Positions 19,117 through 27,822 of a DNA stretch of 60,000 nucleotides are shown piece by piece (position 1 is the first letter of the stretch; every line of letters starts with the position of its first letter). The DNA comes from an uncultured Candidatus Saccharibacteria bacterium. GTDB lineage: Bacteria > Patescibacteriota > Saccharimonadia > Saccharimonadales > Saccharimonadaceae. Below the pieces are notes generated by a model, which was not told the DNA's origin, searched no databases, and was given only the letters and a program-made list of their open reading frames with translations. The position numbers and the translations under genes are program-made. The stretch is from positions 1 through 60,000 of the forward strand of contig CAMYBM010000001.1 in the NCBI GenBank assembly GCA_947253995.1, written 5' to 3'.

Positions 19117-20909
19117 TGTTTATACACCGCCGTTACGCTACCATTGTTAGCGCCATTAAATACAGCATCCGGACTGATCTCTTTGTCAGCATCGGTTCGC
19201 CCGCTTGAATCAAACACTTTCCAATTGCCGCTTTCCGTACGTGCGCGTACCGCAATACAGTGTCCGCCACTATTATACGGTTCTCCTCCGTGTCCGCACA
19301 TCCATAACATACCGCCATCGGTTAAGACTTTATTCATTGCTGATATTGAGTGCTGTATCTTTTCGGCACGAATTCCGAATTTGCCACTTTCGGCCAATAG
19401 TTCCGGCAAATTCCAACTACTACCAGCGCCGGTAGCGCCACCTCGTGCAGCCCCCTCTTTGGCAGTCATATCTGGTGTAACTGACTGCCCGGTCAATGCT
19501 GTAATAACCATTGCCATAGCACTAGGGCCACACCCAGCGCGCCCAACTGTGCTTGGTCCAAATGGCGTGCTTGCCCAGCGTTTATCGAATTGGAGGTAAA
19601 TCTTAGCTCCATCCTTAGCATACTTGGTTGCTCCGCCGCCACTGCCACCTAGTACGCAATGATTTGACAGTTTATTGTCAAGCGTTCCAGCTAGTTCTTC
19701 AATTTTACGCTTAGCAAGATCAGATATTTTTTTAGAAGTAGCGTTTTGATAGTGAACGCCATCTGCAGTCTTGAATCCAGAACTAGTTAAATCAGAATAA
19801 GTATCGATAAAGGCTAAATTAGGTGAATTCAAGCCGCTTTTCATTTTGGAGTTAAATTCCTGAATCTGACTATTTAAATTGGCGCGGTTTTTGTCGGTTG
19901 GGTTGACTGACACAACATAAATTTTGTTATTTTGCCACTCATTTTTAGCCAGTTTGTTGAGGCGATCAATGTATCGATCAATGTTGTCTAGATCATTTAC
20001 GCCTAGGTTAAAAATAATTGCATCAGTTTTCTTAAGATCGCTATTAACATCTTTTATTCCGGTTGAGTCTAGCCAGCTATAGCCAGCTCCATCTTTATAA
20101 ACATAACGATCGGTACCACCAACTGCGTTACGCATATCACCAGTGCGACTATCGCCAACCCAGATATAGCGTTCAGGCTTACTACTGGCCTGAGTATCAA
20201 TACTGCCTGCCGTTTGATCGACATCATCTACTTCGTCGTAAAAGTTTGGCTTATTGTTTCTACGCCCGTCACAAACACTTCTACCTGGACGTTCAAAAGA
20301 GTTGCAGAATATTACCGTGGCCTCGCGTGAGTCTTCTTTGCTATTGGCAACATTAAAGAAACCTTTTTTCTCTAGTGAATCGCCTTCTTCACCATCCATT
20401 TCATCCTTAAGGTGATGCAGCTGACCTTCAAGGTCACCTAGTAGTTTAGGATCCCAACGTCCGCCCATCCATTGAGCGATTCCGCTGGCGCCGATTGAGT
20501 TAACTGAGCTTGGGTCAAAGCTACTCTCAGCATTGATATTATTGACGATACCTATAGCCTGCGCCTTGTTTAATCGATGCCCATGGAAAGTTGCAGTCAT
20601 CAAAAAACTGTATATTTTATTCATATTATCCTTGCCGGATATTTTACCGTTACTATTTCCTCTGGCGGTATTATCAAGACAATCGTCGACATTGTAATAC
20701 GGTATTTCTAGTTTGAACATAACATCACGTTGACTATTTGTATCAACGCCAAATGGACTAGTGTAAGGCTGGAGAAAAGGGTTGCTTTTTGGCGGCTTCT
20801 CAGCTGCGTAAGCCGGCGTGAACATAGACAGAATAGCTAAGCTGAGTAGTAGAATACTAATTATACCGATTGAGCTATATTTTTTGTAAGTTAGTAGAGA
20901 TCGCATCAT
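19113..20909 (-). CDS. Secreted tri-domain hydrolase: phage-tail-lysozyme-like + SGNH/GDSL + C39-like cysteine peptidase
   Basis: Signal peptide (AYA-A). GIVNNINAESSFDP..GIAQW..R..FERP; WVGDSR..FNLGVND..DGVHY; Q.DKRWA..GCGPSAMAMV..GHCI..VFDS. Confidence 0.78.
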   Translation of the reverse strand: MMRSLLTYKKYSSIGIISILLLSLAILSMFTPAYAAEKPPKSNPFLQPYTSPFGVDTNSQRDVMFKLEIPYYNVDDCLDNTARGNSNGKISGKDNMNKIYSFLMTATFHGHRLNKAQAIGIVNNINAESSFDPSSVNSIGASGIAQWMGGRWDPKLLGDLEGQLHHLKDEMDGEEGDSLEKKGFFNVANSKEDSREATVIFCNSFERPGRSVCDGRRNNKPNFYDEVDDVDQTAGSIDTQASSKPERYIWVGDSRTGDMRNAVGGTDRYVYKDGAGYSWLDSTGIKDVNSDLKKTDAIIFNLGVNDLDNIDRYIDRLNKLAKNEWQNNKIYVVSVNPTDKNRANLNSQIQEFNSKMKSGLNSPNLAFIDTYSDLTSSGFKTADGVHYQNATSKKISDLAKRKIEELAGTLDNKLSNHCVLGGSGGGATKYAKDGAKIYLQFDKRWASTPFGPSTVGRAGCGPSAMAMVITALTGQSVTPDMTAKEGAARGGATGAGSSWNLPELLAESGKFGIRAEKIQHSISAMNKVLTDGGMLWMCGHGGEPYNSGGHCIAVRARTESGNWKVFDSSGRTDADKEISPDAVFNGANNGSVTAVYKQ

Positions 20910-21490
20910 ACTTCGCCCCGCTCAATTTTAAAGCGATCAATACATTTAAATGCTGGGTAGATTAAATCGGACGGTTGTGGACAAGCTATCGTTACCGCGT
21001 AATCGTTGTCAATTGCTTGTTTTACTGTAGTGTACTCATCGTGCACACGATAACTTTGTTGAATTTTGGGTAGGTCTACAATAAAGTCGGTAATATAAGT
21101 TAAAGTTTTATCGTCGTAGCTACGCTTAAGACTGTTTGCGCGAATAATCGGCTTAACTATACTACGCTCTTTGGTATTCATTGTTACCGTACCGGCTAAG
21201 ATAGTTGATATTTTGTCGGTCTCGCTATTTGGCAACCATTTAATACTATTTTGTGATAGTGGCGTGGTTAAAGTTTTGCCATCGCGGCTGGATGTCGGTG
21301 AGGCGGATTGCGAGGAATTATCTTGGTGCTGCACAGGTTGACTTGCATTATTGTCACGACTTTGATCTTGTTGATCGAAACGATCATTTGATTGATTTGT
21401 AATTAATATTACACCGAGTAACATAAGTGACAATAAAATGCTGGCTGATACAACAGCAATTAATTTATGGTTTTTAAGATAATCTAACAT
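20906..21490 (-). CDS. Hypothetical N-terminally membrane-anchored protein
   Basis: N-terminal TM, Q/S-rich linker, C-terminal domain with CP...C; coupled to both neighbours. Confidence 0.7.
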   Translation of the reverse strand: MLDYLKNHKLIAVVSASILLSLMLLGVILITNQSNDRFDQQDQSRDNNASQPVQHQDNSSQSASPTSSRDGKTLTTPLSQNSIKWLPNSETDKISTILAGTVTMNTKERSIVKPIIRANSLKRSYDDKTLTYITDFIVDLPKIQQSYRVHDEYTTVKQAIDNDYAVTIACPQPSDLIYPAFKCIDRFKIERGEV

Positions 21491-24400
21491 TACTTTAAGT
21501 GTCCTCCTACGTACACGAACTTATATTTTCCGGCATACATTGATTTCGAATAGGTTCTTTTATAAGTTTGGTTGTGACCGAGTGCCATTTCAAGTGTATG
21601 CATAGTGCCATCTGGGTCAACTGATGTGACTAAACCAGTATGACCCCAGCGTTGAGACGCTCCATTACTATAGGTACTAAAGATAGCTGGCGCTTGTGGC
21701 GTATCGGAAACTGATATGCCCGCGCCTGGATTAGCGGCGACAAGCTGGTCTGCTACTTGACCGCCGTTACCGTTACCGTACGTTAAATCAGTATGCTCGC
21801 CGATAAACCATGCTGGTACCGTGGTACAGCCGTTACCGCTCCAGCTATAACTTCCGTAAGATAATTTCGGCGCTTCTTCGCGTAGTTTAGCTTCCCAGTA
21901 ATCAGCACTTTTATTACCGGATCCGTCTACTGTACCGTTGTTGGATTGACTGCTAGCTGCGCCGCCGAGGCCAACCTGTCTGCAGGCGTCAGCGGTGTCA
22001 CTACTCTTTTCGTCGCCTGTTAGACATTTATTTGTAAGCACTGTAGTGTTATCAAGACCGGCATAAACCGCAATGCGTTGCAACGTTTCATCACTATTTA
22101 GTTTGCCCTTGCAATCTTTTTCGATGTAATCCTTATTATAACTGTTGCCGGTCAGATACATAAAGGTTGAGCCACCATTTTCTTCATTGACTGTTTTGTC
22201 GTACGACACGTCACCATCGTCGCTAATATTTTTAAATAGGCAAACGCTAGTTAGTAGGCTATACGCTTTCTTTGTGTCTGCCCATTGTTTAAATCGAGGG
22301 TCTAAGCGGCTCTTAGGTGTATCGGGTAGGCCGAGTTTTTTGAGTTCGGTAGTGTCTTTGTGAAATACATCCATTACGCGCTTGGCATTTTCAAGTAAGT
22401 CATAAGAGTCACTTTCAGAACGGGTAAATTTGTCTATTACTTGTGGCGGCAGCGCAATTTCTGGCACACCATAATCATACTGTTTTCGACCAGATGCAGC
22501 ACTGGCCGTAGCGTAAGGCTCGTTGGCAGCTAGTGCTACTGCTGTGGTTGGTATTGCTGTTGCTAAACGCATTACATTAGTCAAGGATGCGAGGATATTG
22601 TTCGGATTGGGGTCAAGTTTGGCATTGCGTGCTACGGTGCTAATTGCTGATTTGTAATCTGTTGGGTCAAACAGGCGGGCTATTATCGGTTTGTCGTTCC
22701 ATTCCTGAGCTAGCCAGATATTCTTTTGCCGGTTAATTTGCGCTGCTTGCTTATCGGTAAGTACGGTTCCACCGTCAATGAGGCCATTCTGTGATTGATT
22801 AAATTTACTGCCAAAGGCTGCAATATCGCCGAAGCGCGCTGGTGTTTGGTGCGTAATATCTAATTCGCCGCCAGTTAATAAATCGGTAAGATAGCCGCTA
22901 ACAATTGGCATCAGCACCATTTGCGCTCCAGCAAATAGTAGATCAGCAGTACCCATAGTGAATACTGATTTCACTAATGACACTATGCCTACTATAGGGA
23001 CAATAACGTTACAAACCACGTCGACGCCACCTTTGGCGGCATCGCCCATGGAATTAAAAGCGGAGATGATTGGCTGCGCGGGATTAACCTGCATATTAAC
23101 TAAATTTGGTGGGACGGCAAGTTTTTTGGCGTCGTTTACTTCTAGTCCTAATTCAGCGTTAACCGGTGCTGAATCCCACCAGCTAGATGGTGCTGGCTTG
23201 CCGTCAGGTTTAGATTCGGCATACTCATCGTACAGTTGATGCTGCGAGAATAGTGCTACTTGGGACATACTTAGGTTGCCATCAAGCATTTGTCCGCTAG
23301 CCGCCATAGTTTCGCCGGATACTTTAATCGCTGGCATAGCTTGCGTTATCCAACGTATTTTTTCTAGGTTTTTGGCAAATTGTACGATACCACAGAGAAT
23401 CCCGGCGATAGCTGCAGCACCTAAAGCTTTTTTGGCTACGGTTTTTATGCGACCAATTCCACTTTTGGTTGGTTTTACTTCTCGATCGATTGATTGCTTG
23501 TTCTCCTCGACAGCTTTTTTGATTTTTTCGTTAGCTTCGCCTAGAAGTGATGTACCATTACCACTCGATGAGCTTGCAGCGCTACGCGACTCAAGATAAT
23601 CTTTTATGCGTGCATTTAGGTTCTCAATTTTTTCACCGAATTTTTCGTTAAATTTCTCTTTAGATTTTTTACCTATTTTGTGCAATAAATCAGAAAATTT
23701 ATCGTTGACAAATTTATCTAATTTTCTAAAGGGATGAAAGATGCTGATAATGTTTGACTCTTTTGCAAAGCTGCGCACACCGGTCCAACGAGATAAAAAT
23801 GACATGCCACTTCTTTTACCCAAGCCGTTGAGAAATTTGTGAGCGCGATTGGCACCCTTAATTTTATCGACATTGACACTAATTTTTTCATTTTTAATGT
23901 CAACTTCGTAATATTCAGCTTTGCCGCCCAGTTTATTTGATACTTGTTTAGCAACACAGCCTTGCCCTTTACAGCCAAAATCAATTTCGCTCATTTTAGG
24001 GTTAATTTCGAGTTTGTATGATTTAGTATCAGGATCAATTTTTGCCTCAATCCCAATTTTTTTAAGATTATCAATATAGCGTTGGGAGTTTAATCTACCA
24101 ATCACGCCAACGCGGCCATACACTTGAGCTTCAGCCCTGGCCATCTTGATTTTTTTTACCATACCGCCAGCTATAGAACGAAGATTTTTTGCTTCGCGCA
24201 TAGCTGACTGGATTTCATGTACTGTATTGTAAGAGTCGCGTAGAAAATTAGTTATGTGAATTAATTGCACTGGGCCGCTCATTAGCATGCTCGTAGACAT
24301 CATTCCACCAACAACAAAAGTGCCAACTGTACCACCAAGCAAAGCTTTTTTATGCCGCATAAAGAACCCAGCATTGTTATTGGTGCGAGACTTGTATTTG

Positions 24401-24708
24401 AACGAGTTATCAGCACTGTTATGCTCATCTTTGCTTAATTGTTTGACATCGTTGGCGGCTTGGTCTTGGTTACCATAAGATTGCTCGGCGTTACGTAGGT
24501 CGGCCGCAGTGTCATTTTGCTCTACTGCATCATTATCAGTGTTAGGCGTAGAATAATCAGTATCGGCGCTAGAGTAATCTGTATTTGTATCGGAATAATC
24601 TAAATCTGGCTCCGAAGAATCAACGGATTCTCTCGGGCTGATTATACGCTTGACACGTCTGTAATAGATGTTGTCGCCAGCGTTATAACTGGGTCGATTC
24701 TGCTTCAC
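21490..24708 (-). CDS. Large membrane-associated protein with C-terminal CHAP-like amidase/peptidase domain
   Basis: Several hydrophobic segments; C-terminal GNGCTT..W, GNGNGGQ, WGHTGLV, LEM (Cys-His-Glu, CHAP pattern). Confidence 0.7.
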   Translation of the reverse strand: MKQNRPSYNAGDNIYYRRVKRIISPRESVDSSEPDLDYSDTNTDYSSADTDYSTPNTDNDAVEQNDTAADLRNAEQSYGNQDQAANDVKQLSKDEHNSADNSFKYKSRTNNNAGFFMRHKKALLGGTVGTFVVGGMMSTSMLMSGPVQLIHITNFLRDSYNTVHEIQSAMREAKNLRSIAGGMVKKIKMARAEAQVYGRVGVIGRLNSQRYIDNLKKIGIEAKIDPDTKSYKLEINPKMSEIDFGCKGQGCVAKQVSNKLGGKAEYYEVDIKNEKISVNVDKIKGANRAHKFLNGLGKRSGMSFLSRWTGVRSFAKESNIISIFHPFRKLDKFVNDKFSDLLHKIGKKSKEKFNEKFGEKIENLNARIKDYLESRSAASSSSGNGTSLLGEANEKIKKAVEENKQSIDREVKPTKSGIGRIKTVAKKALGAAAIAGILCGIVQFAKNLEKIRWITQAMPAIKVSGETMAASGQMLDGNLSMSQVALFSQHQLYDEYAESKPDGKPAPSSWWDSAPVNAELGLEVNDAKKLAVPPNLVNMQVNPAQPIISAFNSMGDAAKGGVDVVCNVIVPIVGIVSLVKSVFTMGTADLLFAGAQMVLMPIVSGYLTDLLTGGELDITHQTPARFGDIAAFGSKFNQSQNGLIDGGTVLTDKQAAQINRQKNIWLAQEWNDKPIIARLFDPTDYKSAISTVARNAKLDPNPNNILASLTNVMRLATAIPTTAVALAANEPYATASAASGRKQYDYGVPEIALPPQVIDKFTRSESDSYDLLENAKRVMDVFHKDTTELKKLGLPDTPKSRLDPRFKQWADTKKAYSLLTSVCLFKNISDDGDVSYDKTVNEENGGSTFMYLTGNSYNKDYIEKDCKGKLNSDETLQRIAVYAGLDNTTVLTNKCLTGDEKSSDTADACRQVGLGGAASSQSNNGTVDGSGNKSADYWEAKLREEAPKLSYGSYSWSGNGCTTVPAWFIGEHTDLTYGNGNGGQVADQLVAANPGAGISVSDTPQAPAIFSTYSNGASQRWGHTGLVTSVDPDGTMHTLEMALGHNQTYKRTYSKSMYAGKYKFVYVGGHLK

Positions 24709-24776
24709 TGTCTACACCTTTTATTAGTTTATTATAATGTGTTAACGGTTTTATTTCAATGCCGCAATAGTTATGG

Positions 24777-26966
24777 TTAACTCAATTTTTTAACGAAACT
24801 TTGGTAGCGCAGAGCGTCGTTATCGTTAACTATACCAAGTACTGTACCACGGTTTACCATGCGATTATTTAAGACATATAAAGCCGTTTTTTCTTTTTTA
24901 TTACCGGATTGGGCTATTCCATTAACAATTTGCCGTTGTCGAAGCGGCGATACATCTTGCCAAGCCTGTAGGTCATTAGTCAGAGCCATATTTGTAATAT
25001 TTTTACCAACAGAAGTTTTAATTGCTTGTTGGACATCTTTTAAGCTGGAAACGTTTTTCCATTCGTCTACACCGGAAATGAGTCGCTCACGTCCTGCATC
25101 GCCAAGCATTTCACGAGCATATTGTGTATTGCTAGCAGTTTCAATAACCTGTTGATCGCCGCCGGTTAGCGCAGAAGAAAAGACTTGTTCCATATCGCTA
25201 TCGGATAATAAATTAAGTTGGTCAGCAACAGATATAGCAGCGGCCTGTCGTGTTGAACGGGCATTCCTTTGCCCGGTAGCCAAATCAATAATTTTGCTGT
25301 AGTCGCCATTTTCGACCATCTTATTTATGTGGCTAGTTTCGCGATTTAGTACATCTTGCTGTACTGTATGCTGAGCCACTTCAATAGCTTGCTCATTCTG
25401 CTTTTGATAGTAGCTACTTTTTGCCTTGGCATTAGTTCCGTTTAGCCAGCCAACCATACCGGCGGTGCGTTTGAACCCTTTGCTACGCATTTTATTTTGG
25501 AGATCAATACTTGCGCTGTTAATGCGAGTTTGTGCAAGCTCGCGACGGTTTTTATCCCATTTCTGGAGTTTGTTGCCAACTGTTTTATCAGTTATGCCGT
25601 GAATACTTTTTGACATCTTCCCCATCAACCCACCGCTGGCACTTAGAATTGGCGCAATTAATAATAGCGGCGCCACTGAGGTTAATGTAGTAATGATGAG
25701 ATTAGTCCCACCGGTTTTTAGTAGAATATACTCAATAAAGCGTGAAGCTGCCCAAACCGCAGTAAACATTGGGAATGCTAGTAGCATATTAAAGAACCAG
25801 TTAAACCATTTGTGGAACCATTTTTCGGTATTTGGTAGCAAGTAACACGCCAATGCAAGTGGCGATACGACGACTAATATGATCAAAGCAACTTGACGTA
25901 CGGTTAATAGCGCTAAGATAATGATAATACTAGATATAATTAACCCAAATGAGAAGAAAGCTATAATAACCAAAGCAATAAAGCCTATAATTGACGGTAA
26001 TAATGATTCGACAGTTGATTGCTCCTTGATTTGGTTCATAATTAAATCGTATACACTTACACCAGCGATATTCGAGAGGTCTGCCAGCGCGGCGCAGATA
26101 TAGAATGATAAGTTCATTGAAATCGCTACCAGGACAAGACGGCTCAATAATTTTTTGGCGTCATAAGCTCGCAAAGTATTGTCAGAATTAAGTGCGTATA
26201 AGTATAGCGCCCATAGTAATGCAGCTGCTAGAATTATATTGGCAATATTAAGTAAGTTTTGCCAAACTGGACGGATGCTGTCGCCATTGCTTGCTAAGAT
26301 TGTCCATTTAAGCGAGTCGGCTATCAGGTTGACTAATTTGTCAATTACACTAGATAATACGTTAACGCCAGGGCAAATAATCCAGCCCCAGTCAATGGAA
26401 CCGCTCCGACACTGATCTTGTGTGCCCTTGTCATCAGCCTTGATGTTTTTATTGTTCGCATCGAGGGGGTTATTCGGGTTGCTATTTTTGGCTATATTTT
26501 GAGCGGCAATATCGTCGCCGCAGATTAATTTATCATTGCTATCATTTAATTTGCATAAATTGCGCGTCCGACAAAAATTTTCATCAGAGTCTTCTCGCCC
26601 TTGTGGGCTCGTAGCGTCGTATTTTTTATCATTTAGTTTGGCACACTTCTCCATTCTTTGGGCATTGGCGCAATTTAAATCGGAGTTATGTATGGTAAAA
26701 TTACCTGAAAAAATATCCAAAGGATTTTTACTATTAATTTTTTTGCAATAATCTTGATCAATGCATTCTTTGGCAAGGTTTTTGCTGTCACCGTCCTTTT
26801 GCTCGTAGTCAGCAAAATAGCCAGCTTTGGCTTTTTTGAGACAATCATGGTAGTCAATTCCATCAGCAAGAGCGACATTGGTCGATAGATTAAACAAGAA
26901 TGCGGCGCAAATTATTACCCAGTACCACCGCTTACGGATTCTAGCATTAAATACGTGTTTTAGCAT
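24777..26966 (-). CDS. VirB6/TrbL-like polytopic membrane protein, paralog 4 (B')
   Basis: Signal peptide, Cys-rich variable domain, WGWIICPG..LKWTIL, YDAKKLLSRL..NLSFYIC, SPLALACYLLPNTEKWF. Start probably ATG 26966 (ORF track gives 26987). Confidence 0.7.
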   Translation of the reverse strand: MLKHVFNARIRKRWYWVIICAAFLFNLSTNVALADGIDYHDCLKKAKAGYFADYEQKDGDSKNLAKECIDQDYCKKINSKNPLDIFSGNFTIHNSDLNCANAQRMEKCAKLNDKKYDATSPQGREDSDENFCRTRNLCKLNDSNDKLICGDDIAAQNIAKNSNPNNPLDANNKNIKADDKGTQDQCRSGSIDWGWIICPGVNVLSSVIDKLVNLIADSLKWTILASNGDSIRPVWQNLLNIANIILAAALLWALYLYALNSDNTLRAYDAKKLLSRLVLVAISMNLSFYICAALADLSNIAGVSVYDLIMNQIKEQSTVESLLPSIIGFIALVIIAFFSFGLIISSIIIILALLTVRQVALIILVVVSPLALACYLLPNTEKWFHKWFNWFFNMLLAFPMFTAVWAASRFIEYILLKTGGTNLIITTLTSVAPLLLIAPILSASGGLMGKMSKSIHGITDKTVGNKLQKWDKNRRELAQTRINSASIDLQNKMRSKGFKRTAGMVGWLNGTNAKAKSSYYQKQNEQAIEVAQHTVQQDVLNRETSHINKMVENGDYSKIIDLATGQRNARSTRQAAAISVADQLNLLSDSDMEQVFSSALTGGDQQVIETASNTQYAREMLGDAGRERLISGVDEWKNVSSLKDVQQAIKTSVGKNITNMALTNDLQAWQDVSPLRQRQIVNGIAQSGNKKEKTALYVLNNRMVNRGTVLGIVNDNDALRYQSFVKKLS

Positions 26967-27822
26967 TACTATATTACCCTTTTCCACAGATCATTATTTC
27001 CACCTGTTAGTTTACCAGTTGTACTCCAGCTACTAAAAGCAGTCTGGATGTTACGCGTATGCACTAGGGCATTAGTCAATCTATGAGTTGTTGGTGAAGT
27101 GTCATTGATCGCTCCCATGCTAGTTAGTTCAGCGGCGTTTTTAATAAAACTATCATTCTTTACTCTCAGATTCTGTAGACTACTAGAATCACGTCCTTCA
27201 ATGATCTGCTGCACTAAGTCTGTTCGCGTACCGCTATCTAGGTTGCCGTAATCCGCTAAGCTCATATTTTTAACATAGTTGGCACGTGCCTTATTGAATG
27301 CAGTAGTCATACTCGCCTCTGTGCCTAGCATGTTAGTCGGACTAAACTTGCCGGAGCCATTGGCAAACTCCTTTTGGTCAGCTTTAGTCATAAACAGTCC
27401 CTTGTCTGGTGAGCTAGCAAAGTTATCTACAAAGCTTTGACGTGCTGCCGTATCGCCATTGGCGCTAACACTTAAGGCTGCTGTATTAAGATCAGATAGA
27501 TTGTGTAATAGTCCATTATCCTTAGCATAGTCTAATACTGCACTGTAATCAGTCGAACTAAGCTTGGCACCGTTGAGATTGTTACCACTAAGGGACATAT
27601 AGCGCATGATATCGTTGCCGTCTACAGAGTAGCTGATAATGTCGTCACCCTGTTTGTTGGCTGTAGCGTTGGCTCCTAAGCCATAGCTAACTAATTGATT
27701 CAACTGATCAGCATTAATACCAGTTATTCTATGGTAGCCACTGGTCTGATTACCAAAGGTCTTATCGTAGCTCTTACTAGCTGCTTCGACTCGCTTGCTA
27801 CGCTTGGCGTCGGCGCGGTTAG
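26938..27822 (+). repeat. Long direct repeat, copy 1 (~885 bp)
   Basis: Manual alignment to 31886-32770: constant offset 4948, no indels, ~35 mismatches; 27143-27577 identical. Confidence 0.95.

Noticed and set aside
26980..26988. DnaA-box-like TTTTCCACA at the VirB6-like gene junctions (also 31928-31936)
   Set aside because: A single 9-mer inside coding sequence (LWKR), duplicated only because of the repeat; compatible with chance.
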